Below, piece after piece: positions 1-12,445 of a stretch of DNA of 64,000 nucleotides. The translations under genes were made by a program, and so were the position numbers. This stretch comes from Malacoraja senta (lineage: Eukaryota), in assembly GCA_038087875.1 (NCBI GenBank), contig CM075989.1, positions 23,314,001 to 23,378,000 of the forward strand, in the 5' to 3' direction. Below the pieces are notes generated by a model. The model was not told where the DNA came from, did no database searches, and worked only from the letters and a program-made list of their open reading frames with translations. Numbering within the stretch: the stretch's first letter is position 1; the number at the start of each line of letters is the position of its first letter.

Positions 1-444
1 CAATGAAATTCTTGCTTGCTGCAGCACAACAGAATATGTAAATATAATACAGAACAGGAGATAAAAGTTCAGTGTGTCTATATACTATAGACCATATATA
101 AACACAATAAATAAACAGATAAAATGCAATAGGCTGTTATTTTGGAGTTTGATGGTGGTGGGTCCACCAGTTTAAATTCCATTTCGAATATTTTTTGAGG
201 ACCAGGAAACCAAGAAGCAAGAGTTACTCCAGGGAGTTACTGCAGCTCCAGGGAGTGATTCTGCGTTGTTTTTCAGCGGTCGCAGTGAGGCAGCGAACGG
301 ACAGCAATGGGGGCCAGAACTCCCACAATGCAAAGGGAGGGAGAAAGTGGCCGACGCCGACCAGTTGCCGTGGCAGTGCGCATTTGCAGGGCCGCACTTG
401 CGCACAACCACGGCCGATGATGTGCTCAGCGGCTGGCCGTGCCA

Positions 445-790
445 AGCGGAGACCCGAGACCCGAGCGGAGAGCCGAGAGCTGAGAGCTAGCGCCGAGAGC
501 TGGCGCCGAGAGCCGAGAGCTAGTGCTGAGCGGAGACCCGAGAGCTGAGAGCTAGCCCCGAGAGCTAGCGCCAAGAGCCAAGAGCTAGCGCCGAGAGCCA
601 AGAGCTAGCGCCGAGAGCTAGCGCCGAGAGCCAAGAGCTAGCGCCGAGAGCCGAGCCGAGACCCGGGCACGGATGGCGGGCGGGTGTCCCGGTTGCTTGC
701 CAAGCCTGGCAAAATGGCATGGCTTTTAGGTTACCCGGCGGGACTGTAAGTTGCCATTGGCACCCGGGCAACCGCTAATTTCGAGCCCTG
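445..790 (-). mobile_element. Probable non-autonomous hAT-like DNA element end with an internal GC-rich minisatellite (gagagctagcgcc-like units, about 445-662)
   Basis: The minus strand begins CAGGGCTCGAAATTAGCGGTTGCCC at 790, a hAT-like terminus. The partner TIR is not visible. Confidence 0.45.
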
Positions 791-1554
791 TCGAGGTATT
801 GGAAAATCTCTCAGCAAACTAATCTTCACTCACCTATACTGAAGCGTTTTCACGTGGGTGTGAATCTTGGGAAGAACTACTGCTCTTTCTCAAGTAATTA
901 TTTTGACAATTTTAGCAATCATTAATCCTTTGGAAGATTGACACATGATGAACAATCTCTCTCCATGTTCCCATCAATATGCATGGAGTTAAGCTCTCTA
1001 TTAAGTGTTTACACAACCATTAAAACTGTGATTATCAGTAAAATGGCTCATGAATTGGCAATACCACTTCAAGACTGTATTCATCTGCCTCTTTCATTGA
1101 TCTACCATCCACATCCAGCATCCGTTCAGTTTACGTAAAGATTGATCTCATGCATGCACTGAAAGGGAGGGACGGGTTGTACAAATCTTTAGACTTGCCA
1201 ATTGCTTAACTGGAGGATGAGATGAATTGTTTCACCCTATGTGTGGGGAGGAACTGCAGATGCTAGTTTAAACCGAAGATAGGCACATAATGCTGGAGCA
1301 ACTCAGCGGTTCAGGAAGCATGTTTGGAGAGAAGGAATGGGTGACGTTACGGGTCGGATCCCTTCTTCAGACTAGTTTGAAGAAGGGTCTCGACCCGAAA
1401 CATCATCCATTCCTTCTCTCCAGAGATGCTGCCTGTCCCGTTGAGTTACTCCAGCATTTTTTTTCTCACTACTTCCCATGTTCAGAGGTTTGACTGCGTA
1501 GATAAAACAATTGAATCGAATTGTCAGTCTACAGGCTTTACTTTACCAAGACCT

Positions 1555-1822
1555 GACAGATACAGCGTGGAAACAGGCACATCGGCCCGCCGTGTCCGTG
1601 CCGACCAGCCATCACAACGTACACCACACACTAGGGACAATTTACAATTTTTACTGAACTAAATTAACCTAAAACCTGCACGTCTTTGGAGTGTGGGAGG
1701 AAACCGGAGCACCCGGAGAAAACCCACGCAGGTCACGGGGAGAATGTAGAAACTCGTGGTCAGGATTGAACCCGGGTCTCTAGCGCTGTGAGGCAGCAAC
1801 TCTACCGCTGCGCCACCGTGCC
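1555..1822 (-). mobile_element. V-SINE (HE1-like)
   Basis: Reverse complement of the 8400 family, with a small internal deletion. Confidence 0.85.
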
Positions 1823-4800
1823 GACACTGTGCCTTGGTGTTTACACTGTGGGCACTTGATAAATGGTTATTTAATCTTGAATGTACATCCCATCATTTTG
1901 AGATCTGGTGCAGGAAACAACTAATAACTTAAAATGTTACTGAGCTAGTTCAGCCTGAGCTATGTTGAAACAGGAGTGATCCATGACCCATATCTATATT
2001 TGAGTGGCATAATATCCATTCATTATATCGCTGTCAATTTTGTTTATTCATTCACAGGATGTAGACATCATAATTACTGACCATCCCTATCTTCCCTGTA
2101 ACATTGTCTTCTTCAGCTGCTGTGTGTAACTTGGCACAACTAAACGCATGAGGGAATTTAAGAAGCAAATCACAATTTGGTTTAGTTTAGAGATATAGCG
2201 TGGGAACAGGCCCTTCATGCTGACCAACAATCATAGAAACATAAAAACATAGAAAATAGGTGCAGGAGGAGGCCATTCGACCCTTCGAGCCAGCACCGCC
2301 ATTCATTGTGATCATGGCTGATCGTCCCCCATCTATAACCCGTGATAGAAACATAGAAAATAGCAATCACTCGTTCACTAATTATATCCTCCACAATTTA
2401 TAGAAGGAACAAAGGAGGTGGAAAGGCGTGGTGGGACCTCCGTGAGGGAGGGAGGAGGGGGGAGGGGGGAACTGGCGCGGGGGGCGAGGGGACGACAACT
2501 TGTAACTATGGCGGCACCCTTTACATGCCCTCGGTACGCAAGCAAAGAATTTCACTGTGACTTGTCACCTGTGACAATAAAGTATTCAATTCAATTCATG
2601 ATCGAACTAGGTACCTGAAACTATAGGATTCAATGTTCATATCCCACTGGGTTGCAAGCTATCCAAGCGGAATATCAGGCGCTGTTCCTCCTGTTTGCAT
2701 GTGGCCTCATTCAGGCAATGGACGAGGCCCAGGAATGAGAAGAGGGGTTGGCAACCGGAAGATCCAGCAGGCCTTGGCAGACCGAGCGCAAGTGTTCAGC
2801 AAAATGCTCACTGAGTATATGCTTGATATCGCCGATGTAAAGGAGGCCTCATCGGAAACAGTACAAACAATAGATTGGTTTCTTAAACCTCCTTGCAAAA
2901 TCAATGGCCCTTGAAAGGCTGCAATTTTAATAATATATATACTTTGCACAAAATCTAGCCTCCATTCCCTGAGCAGCCCTGTTGTAAGGCAGTCTGTCGA
3001 AGCATTGCATACACAAAAGCTGACACCAGGCTCCTGGAAATAATTGAGTTACAATTTTACTGGAAAAGCTAATAAACCAAGGTACCATTAAACCTACTAA
3101 ATGAATTTCCTCCTGGGGAATAATTATTAAGTGGGTACTCCATTTCAGTTATTGGGTAATTAAATGTGGCGTTATTCTGTAAATTAATCCTTACAGAGCG
3201 ACTCATTTTACGTCGTCATGCAGGTACGCTTAGTCAGGCTTCCTGCTGTGATTCACGGCTCCAGTCTGAAGAAGGGTCTCGACCCGAAACATCACCCATT
3301 CCTTCTCTCCAGAGATGCTGCCTGTCCCGCTGAGTTACTCCAGCGTTTTGTGTCTATCTTCGAGTTACTCCCTTTGTTCATCTCTCCCAACCCCCCCCTC
3401 CACCTGTTTCCATCTGCCCAGAATCTCTCATCGTCTGCTTCCACCTACCAGCTACTAGTATCTAGAAACATAGAAAATAGGTGCAGGAGTAGGCCATTCG
3501 GTCCTTCGAGCCATTCAATATGATCATGGCTGATCATCTAAAATCAGTACCCCGTTCCTGCTTTCTCCCCACATCCCTTGATTCTGTTAGCCCCAACAGC
3601 TAAATTAACTCTCTCTTGAAAACTATCCCCCAACCCTACCACTACATGCTGCTAGAAACACACATCACCTCTGTTCCCTCTCAACCCTGAATATTGACCA
3701 TTACTATTATACAAGGGCAAGAGTTCCAGGTATGATTATGATTTTTGGGAACACTATCATAATATAATGGTCCAGAGATGCTGCCTGTCCCACTGAGCCA
3801 CTCTAGCTTTTTGAGTCTATCTATAATGCTAATCAATGTATGCATAACCATGGAGAACGCCAGAGGAACTTTGCACAGTTCTTGTGTATGCATTTTTTAA
3901 TTCTGAATTTTGATTAATAAAAATAAATGTTACTTTTTGTTGATTGACCAAACCGATCATGAACCGGTCTGTGGAATTCTCTGCCTCAGAGGGCGGTGGA
4001 GGCCAGATGCTTTCAAGAGAGAGCTAGATAGGGCTCTTAAAAATAGCAGAGTCAGGGGATATAGGGAGAAGGCAGGAACGGGGTACTGATTGGGGATGAT
4101 CAGCCATGATCACATTGAATGGCGGTGCTGGCTCGAAGGGCCAAATGGCCTACTCCTGCACCTATTGTCTATTGTCTATATGATAGACACAAAATGCTGG
4201 AGCAACTCAGCGGGACAGGCAGCATCTCTGGAGAGAAGGAATGGGTGATGTTTTGGATCGAGACCCTTCTTCAGACTGAGACCTTCTTTCTACAACATTA
4301 TCATGACGTGCACATGGATAGTGTTATCGGAATCAAATAATGAGACCTCTGCCTTCCAGCGATTTGAAGCTCAATACAACTGTGAGCTTTGCAGCTTGTG
4401 CTTTTCTGTCATCCCAGCTGTGTGTAACTGGCATTGCAGCAGGTCCTGTAATTAGATGTTAAGCCTCGGAGCTCAAAACTCGGCACAGCAGAAGTCTGCA
4501 ACTCACCAACTCACCTGGGGCTGTGGGCCATGGATGACTATTGAAGCTTTTACAACCCAGATTGACAGATTGTTGCTGGAAAAAACACAAAGGGACAAAG
4601 AACAAAGACAAGAGAAACAGGAGCTGGTGATGAGGTTAACTGTGATCTGAATGAAACATAGGGCAGACCTGAGGATCATCTCCTGTTCCCGATACTCCTG
4701 CATTAGACTGCTGGCAGGTTGTGTCAATATTCAGGAGATGCTTCAGCGCTCCTAGTTATACACACACTCCCCGACGTACGCAACAGCCGACTTGCGTAAA

Positions 4801-6505
4801 CCCGCACTTACGCAAACGATTCTGTGCTCAGTCCCTCGTGCAGCCAAGGCAGTTTGTAAATCCCACAACACTGTACGATCACTCAGCTTTACACCGGAAA
4901 CAAGCCGGCAATGGCGGCCCTGCTTACCCAGAAGGCCGCGGGGCCCAGAAGGTGCCCTGGACGCAGCTTCAGGCGGTTTCCTCTGAGACGGTTAATGCTT
5001 CCATTGACGGACATAAAGTGCTGCAGCAACTCAGCGGCCCAGGCAGCATCTCTGGAGAGAAGGAATGGGTGACATTTCAGGTCGAGACCCTTCTTCAGAT
5101 TCAGTCTGAAGAAGGGCCTCGACCCGAAACGTCACCCATTCCTTCACTCCACAGATGCTGCCTGTCCCGCTGAGTTACTCCAGCTTTTTAAGTCTATCTT
5201 TGGTTTAAACCAGCATCTGCAGTTCCTTTCCGACACATAAGTCTTGTGTAAGTCAGGGGGTGCCTGTCCAATGAATGATGAGGCCTACTCCAGTGAGTTG
5301 ACAGCCATATCTACTTAAGACTTTTTTAAACAAAACTCATGGTTTCGGAGAGAAGGAACACATTCTATTTTTGCTACATTGCCTAAGGTTTATATAGATG
5401 CTGTCAAAAGCATAAAATATGCTCCCAGTTTGAATTCACAAACTGCACTGTTGGCTTTTTCCATTGTTCAATAAACTTGTAAAGATTACATTTTCTGGAA
5501 TGGAATAATGGGCGAGTTTTAAAAGCTGTTACAATCAACCAGAGGTTGAGGACATGGAAGAACTAACCACACATTCCATCGTCAAGTCTCGCTTCATGTA
5601 CAAAAACATCAATTCTGCAGCGCTGGAGCTGCCATTTAGGTAGAGTGGGGGTGGTAATTGGACATTTATTGCTGACACTAATCTTACACGGCACCACCTG
5701 CTCCCGTTCAAAGCAACATCCGTCTGACATGGCACTCAGTGAGTGGGAATGTGCAGAAAGGAACTGCAGGTGCTGGTTGTATATCGAAGATAGACACAAA
5801 ACGCTGGAGTAACTCAGCGGGACAGGCATCATCTCTGGAGAGAAGGAATGGGTGACGTTTCGGGTCGAGACCCTTCTTCAGACCCAGTGAGTCAGTCAGT
5901 TTAGTTTATTGTCAGGTGTACCTCGAGGTACAGTGAAAAGCTTTTGTTGCGTGCTACCCAGTCAGCAGAAAGACAGTAAATGATCACAATTGAGCCATTC
6001 ACAGTGTACAGTGTATTTACAGTGTATTACAGTACATTTACATCACCTATTCATAAATAGACACAGAGTGCTGGAGTAACTCAGTGGGTCAGGCAGCATC
6101 TCTGGAGAAAAAGGATGGGTGACGTTCCCTTTCTACTCATCGTCTATCCATGCTCTCCAGAGATGCTGCCTGACCCACTGAGTTAGGCAGCAGAAGGGTC
6201 TCGGCCCGAAACGTTGCCTATTTCCTTCGCTCCATAGATGCTGCTGCACCCGCTGAGTTTCTCCAGCACTTTTGTCTACCTTCGATTTTCCAGCATCTGC
6301 AGTTCCTTCTTAAACAACCTGCTGCCTGACCCGCTGAGTTACTCCAGCACTCTTGTCTCTGCACAATCTGTGTTAACTTGGTTTGAGCAGAATAACTTTG
6401 AAAAATTGAATACTTTATTGTCGCATGTGACAGGACACAGTGAGATTCTTTGCTTGTGTACCCAATGTATACAAATAGCATCTGCCTACGGCGCTGACAA
6501 AGTAA

Positions 6506-6929
6506 AGAGCCTGTCCCACGGGCATGCGACTCAATGCGGCAAGCGCGACCTAACCGCAAGCGGGGGCCGCGCGGAGGTCGAGTGATCCCCGTACAGGGCC
6601 GGTCCCACCAGCATGCGGCTGCATGCGGCAAGCGCTACCAAATCGGAAGCGGGGGCCGCGCGGAGGTCAAGTGCCGTCAAGACGGTGCGTACGGCGGCGA
6701 GGCGGTGCGCACGGCCTCGATGCAGCAGGCCGTTGCCGCATGGAATTTTTGAACAGTGTCAGTTTTTCGGAGCCCCGCGCGATGTCGGGACCAACTCCGC
6801 ACAACTCCATGCGGCTCCCGCGATCGAAGTGGGACTGGCCCCGCGACTTCGGCGCGGCCCCCGCACGGCACCCGCTTGCAGTTAGGTCGCGCTTGCCGCA
6901 TGGAGTCGCATGCCCGTGGGACAGGCCCT
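6506..6929. mobile_element. PIF/Harbinger-type MITE
   Basis: Long terminal inverted repeats AGAGCCTGTCCCACGGGCATGCGACTC... and ...GAGTCGCATGCCCGTGGGACAGGCCCT, flanked by TAA on both sides (6503-6505, 6930-6932). It is nested in an older repeat. Confidence 0.85.
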
Positions 6930-8399
6930 TAACAAAGCACGCCGGCTTCTCCTTTGTTCTCCTCCCCATTACCCCCCCACACCCCGCGGGTCCACCATTG
7001 TCCATTGTTCTCCCCCCCCCTCCCACGGTGGTCCCCCACGCTCTCATCGACCACCGGCCGCGGTTCTACCTGCGAGGCTCGGGTAAAACAAATAAGTGAA
7101 CAATGAAGGTGATCTGGTAGTTTAAACTGCACTCTGCAGGCTGTTATCAGGTCTTACTTTCCTAATTGCAGCCCCATTACAGATAACGTTGCTCCGCAGC
7201 GCTTGTTTTCACCGTCTGCATGGCAGGCTGGCCTAACATTGAAGTGCAGTCACTCGAAGAGTGGAATGCAGAGGTGGAGTGGTGTGCAATAGTGGGGTGA
7301 CCTTGTGTGAACACAGCAAGTAAACAAAACTCCCTGGTTACTCATTAGCGACTGCATTTTGGGAAACTGCAACATAGTGGGGCCGCAAAGTCCAAATATT
7401 CTGTGAGGAAACGGTTGAGTTCAAGAGATATCATAAGCCACAAAAACCAGCAGATGAGTAGTGCAGGAAGGAACTGCAGACGCTGGTTTAAACCAAAGGT
7501 AGCTGGAGTAACTCAGCGGGACAGGCAGCATCTGTGGAGAGAAGGAATGGGTGACGTTTCGGGTCGAGATTCTTCTTCAGATTGGTAGATGAGCAGATGA
7601 GTAGGTTGAGAACTGGCTGGATTAAAATGCCGTCCTCGACCCGAAACGTCACCCATTCCTTCTCTCGACAGATGCTGCCTGTCCCAGAGTTACTCCTCTG
7701 TATCTATCTGGCCTGCTAACACGGAAAGACACAAAGTTGGCTGGAGCAACTCAAGCAGTGTCGCTGGAGAACATGGACAGGTGACATTTTGGCACAGGGC
7801 CTCTCGAATGTCACCTATCCAAGTTGAAGGGTCCTGACCCAAAACGTCACCAATCCACATTCTCCAAGGATGCTGCCTGACCCGCTGTATATTCCTGAGG
7901 GTGTCTTGCGCATCAATGCCAGAGAGCAGATTAAACAATTGGCAGATGCAGGAAGCATCAGAAAGGGCAAGCTCTTGCTCCCATTTTAGCTCTACACCCA
8001 CCTTGCACCAAGTCCGGTTTACGGCAGGACTGTGCAGTTAAAAACAGATCCATTAATTTCAGAGGGCAGTCTGGTAAGTGTTGAAACAGTGAACAACATC
8101 TCTGTAACTTTCAACATCAGTCTTCTGCATTTACCAAGTTGCCTATCAGATTAAAATCATGTTAAAATTGAGCACTTTGTCTATTCCCTCAGGCAGTAGT
8201 TGTACTCCCATGTGCAGAAGTATCTCAGATGTATCGAGTTATGCTGGGACTGGCGTGCCCTGGGTGCAGGGGTGTTTTAAGTCATCTTTACGTTCCACGG
8301 CAGAGTTTCTCTTTCTGGTGTCAGCTATGGGTGACAAACTCCGTTAAACCGGAGTTCAGGTCACTCTCTAGATAACCGAGAACAAAATTCTAGACTAAG

Positions 8400-8700
8400 A
8401 GCGGCACGGTGGCACAGCGGTAGAGTTGCTGCCTCACAGCGCCAGAGACCCAGGTTCGATCCTGACTACGGGTGCTGTCTGTACGCAGTTTGTAAGTTCT
8501 CCCAGTGACCGCGTGGGTTTTCTCCGGGAGCTCCGGTTTCCTATGAGAATCCAAAGATGTACAGGTTTGTAAGTTAATTGGCTTTGGTAAGATTGTAATT
8601 TGTCCCTGGTGTGTGTAAGGATAATGCTAGTTTACAGAGATCGCTGGTCGGCATGGACTTGGTGGGCCGAAGGGCCTGGTTTCTCGCTGTATTTCTAAAG
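8400..8700 (+). mobile_element. tRNA-derived V-SINE (HE1-like), full length
   Basis: Pol III A box TGGCACAGCGG (8410) and B box GGTTCGATCC (8453), central domain 'gtgggttttctccggg..ctccggtttcc', and CR1-like tail 'gggccgaagggcctg...gctgtat'. Confidence 0.88.
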
Positions 8701-9317
8701 TCTCAGAGGTAATTGGCTCCTTGTTTCTACGTGCTCTTAGTGAAGCCTCCTTTCCTAGTGACTATTCTCCAGCAAAACTCCCAGACACAAGATGCAGGAG
8801 AAATAACTTGACAGAGAGATAATAACAAAACAAAGAGAAAATCTTGAAGCAAATTGAATTTGCATGGGTGGATCAGTTACCATGACACCCACGCACCAAA
8901 GGTTCCTCCCAACTTTCACATTAGGTTATATATTTCCTGGTTGGAACCTGCATGAACGGAAGCATTGGAAAAAGCTTCAATAGACAATACAATAGACAAT
9001 AGGTGCAGGAGTAGGTCATTCGGCCCTTCGAGCCAGCACCGCCATTCAATGTGCCATCCCCAATCAGTACCCCGTTCCTGCCTTCTCCCCATATCCCCTG
9101 ACTCCGCTATTTTTAAGAGCCCTATCTAGCTCTCTCTTGAAAGCATCCAGAGAACGTGCCTCCACCGCCCTCTGAGGCAGAGAATTCCAGACTCACCACT
9201 CTCTGTGAAAAAAAGTGTTTCCTCATCTCCGTTCTAAATGGCTTACTCCTTATTCTTAAACTATGGCCCCTGGTTCTCAATATAACAATTATATAAATGG
9301 TCCTCAAAACATTCATT

Positions 9318-9603
9318 AGTTTAGAGATACAGCACGGAAACAGGCCCTTTGGCCCACCGAGTCTGCACCGACCAGCGATCCCCGCACATTAACACTATCC
9401 TGCACATACTAGGGACAATTTTACATTTATACCAAGCCAATGCACCTACAAACTGTATGTATGGGAGGAAACCAAAGTTCTTGGAGAAAACCCATGCAGG
9501 TCATGGGTGGAATGTACAAACTCGGTACAGACAGCACCCGTGGTCAGGATCCAACCTGGGTCTCTGGCGTTGTGAGGCAGCAACTCTACCGCTGCGCCAC
9601 CGG
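9318..9603 (-). mobile_element. V-SINE (HE1-like)
   Basis: Head, central domain and (ctaaa) tail on the minus strand. Confidence 0.85.
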
Positions 9604-11061
9604 GCCGCACACTGTTTGACTTGAGTCTCACACAGAGTGCTGGAGGAGTTCAGCAGAGGGACACGATTCTAGTTTAAAATCCATTAAAAGAGGCATTATA
9701 TCAGTATTATACTTCACTAAGTGCTGACTTGCTCAGACATCCCAAAATATATCATATAAGTGACTTTTGAGCGCACTTAGATATTTTCAACAAAATAATG
9801 TTGCATTGGGTAAGTAGCCCTGGAGTTTTTCTTTTTCAAATGAAAACTCCAGCAGAACGTTATGCTAGATGCATTAGTGAGTTACTTTTGAGTATCGCTT
9901 GCAGAAATGCCCCATTATAAAGCAGAATAGGATTGGAAAAAGTCATCGAACAGGTGATTCCTCGGAGCAATACGGCAACAAAGAAATCTCCAATCTAATT
10001 TCATTTAACCTTAATGGAATGAATCCCAGATTTCATCCTCTAAAGCGCTCCACCATCCAGCTTCCTTCTCTAATTGCGATGGTTCAAAGGTTCTTCATTA
10101 TCATGTGTAGAGACGCACAGTGAGATAACTTTTTTGCAGACAGTTCAGTAAAGTATCGCCATACCCAAGCACAATCCCCGATTAGTGTAAAGAGCGTAGA
10201 AATAGTCCACTGAGATGCATGTAAGAGCCGCCAGGTTTTGGGGCCATTCCCAAAATCTAGTGTGGTCCGCGCGCTTGGTCTGCTGGAGCGGTGCCCGATT
10301 CAGGCGAGACCCAGGCCCATCACCCTCTATCCTCCTCTCCAGTTCTCGCTGGAGGGGGGGGTGGGGGGGGGACACTTTCCTTCTGTGCTGCACAGCTTCT
10401 CGTAGCTATCATCATTCTCCTCAACTAAACTAGAAACCTGCAGGTCTTTGGAGTGTGGGAACACCTGGAGAAAACCCACGCAGGTGACGGGGAGAACGTG
10501 CAAACTCCGTGCAGACAGCACCCGGGGCGAGGATCGAACCCGGGTCTCTGGCGCTGTGAGGCAGCGACTCTACCCGCTGCGCCACCGTACCACTCCATCC
10601 AGCTGCCATTCCTTGTTAAGCAATCTGCCTCAGATTAACAAGACAGCAATAATTACCCTGCCAGATTATGGCTATCCCACGCTGAGCCTTTATGCTCACT
10701 GTGAGAGTTTGATTTCCGGCAGGCTGGAGGGGTTTTCCAACATTGGGAAATCTGGTTGCCAGTATTAGACACGGATGCCCTCCAGTTGAATGGGATTAAT
10801 GGGGGTTTTCACAACATATTGACACAGTTATATTACTGGTGCGGAGGCTGGTTATTATATTTCACTGCTCAACTGCTCCATATTTCCTGTTAGCATCCTC
10901 CTCATCATTCTGGCTGCGTCTGGAGGATGTAAATTCCTTCCGGAAATTGAAAATCTTCATAAGACATCTTTCAAAGTAATCTCATATTAAAAATCTTCAA
11001 ACTCTATCAACATTTTTATTTGTTATTGCATATATCGCAGAACTTTCACCATGTTCAGTCT

Positions 11062-11550
11062 GCACGCACGCACATACACACACGTATACCCACAAACACA
11101 TGTATACACACATACATGTAGGCACTCACTCAGTGTACACTCACGCGTGTACACACTCATGCATGTACATACACATGTGTATATATATATATGTATACAC
11201 ACACACACAAGTACACACACAAACACAGGTACACACACAAGTGCACACGCACACACACAGGTACACACACACACAAGTGCGCACACACACAAGTAAACAC
11301 ACACACAAGTACACACACACATGCACAAGTACACATACACGTACACAAGTACACACACACATGCACAAGTACACATACACGTACACACACGTACATACAC
11401 ACACACATGCAAGCACACACACACGTACACACACACATGCACAAGTACACACACACACAAGTACACATACACGTACACACACACACACAAGTACACACAT
11501 ACGTACATACACAAACATGTAAACACACACATGCAAGCACACACACATAT
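11062..11550. repeat. Compound (CA)n / acacaagtac microsatellite-minisatellite
   Basis: Directly visible; the source of spurious HT/CV ORFs. Confidence 0.95.
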
Positions 11551-12180
11551 ATCGATTCCCATCGCCATTACAGATTATTGGCACAATTGTTCAACCAGGC
11601 GCAACTGGGAGAATTAAACAAGAGCAGCTGTGTCGGATCTGCCTAATTCCTTAATGCTTTCATCCCCTTATCCTGCTCGCTGCACCCATCCACTCCTGCA
11701 CCCATCCCCAGCACCTACTCCTGCACCCATACATCTCCAGCACCCATCCATCTCCAGCACCCATCTCCTGCATGACAAAACAAGATCATTAGCCTGACTC
11801 CAGCTTTCAACCAACAAGGGATTGTCGGAGCTAAGAATGGTGAAGAATGCACTTTCTGCTGGTTATGGCTTGGCCCAGAATTGACTGAAATTGTATAGAA
11901 ACTACAAATGAAAAGGTGAAGCTGCATTTAAGAAGCAAAAATAGAAGACCTTGGAATGTGAGGGTGCTTCTGTGGTTGGCAGCTACATGTTTGAAAGTAC
12001 ACAGATTAAACTAAACATAGAGCCAGCAGGAATGTATCAACCAGCCGTTTACTGAGGCTGAAGAACATATCACTTGCAAAAACATTTGCCTGGAACCCTC
12101 TTCACCCAGTGTGCATTTGCTGTTGCCTCTACACTGTTACATTAACCGGCACTTGCATAGAACTTCTAACATGCAAGTTT

Positions 12181-12445
12181 ACTTCCCAGCTGTTATCGGG
12201 CAACTGAATCATCCTTCCACAACCAGAGATCAGTGCTGAACTACTATCTACCTCTTCGATGTCACCTCAGACTATCCTTGATCGGACTTTGCTGGCGTTA
12301 CCTTGCACTAAACGTTATTCCCTTATCATGTATCTGTACACTGTAAATGGATCGATTGTAAACATGTATTGTCTTTCTGCTGGCTGGATAGCACGCAACA
12401 CACAAGCTTTTCGCTGTACCTCGGTACACGTGACAATGAACTAAA
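12181..12445 (+). mobile_element. Rex1/Babar-like LINE 3' end, second family; copies at about 22190-22350, 23322-23603, 35530-35750(-), 42560-42905 and 54425-54560(-); ORF remnant at about 27430-27560
   Basis: 'ttcccagctgttatcgggcaactgaat' (FPAVIGQLN) followed by the conserved UTR 'ttgcactaaacgttattccc...cttttcgctgtacctcggtacacgtgacaat'. The 27.4 kb piece encodes LSGCITVW and SSIQDR. Confidence 0.6.

Noticed and set aside
172..771. GC-rich overlapping ORFs suggesting a CpG island or first exon
   Set aside because: Explained by a minisatellite inside a probable DNA-transposon remnant; no splice or protein signal.
6534..7132. Cluster of GC-rich ORFs
   Set aside because: They lie within the Harbinger-type MITE and its host repeat.
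8400..8470. tRNA-like sequences with A and B boxes
   Set aside because: These are SINE heads continuing into the V-domain and CR1-like tail, with no complete cloverleaf or terminator.
11023..11646. Long Cys/Val- or His/Thr-rich ORFs (also 24852-25753 and 58899-59597)
   Set aside because: These are translations of CA/TG/TA microsatellites.
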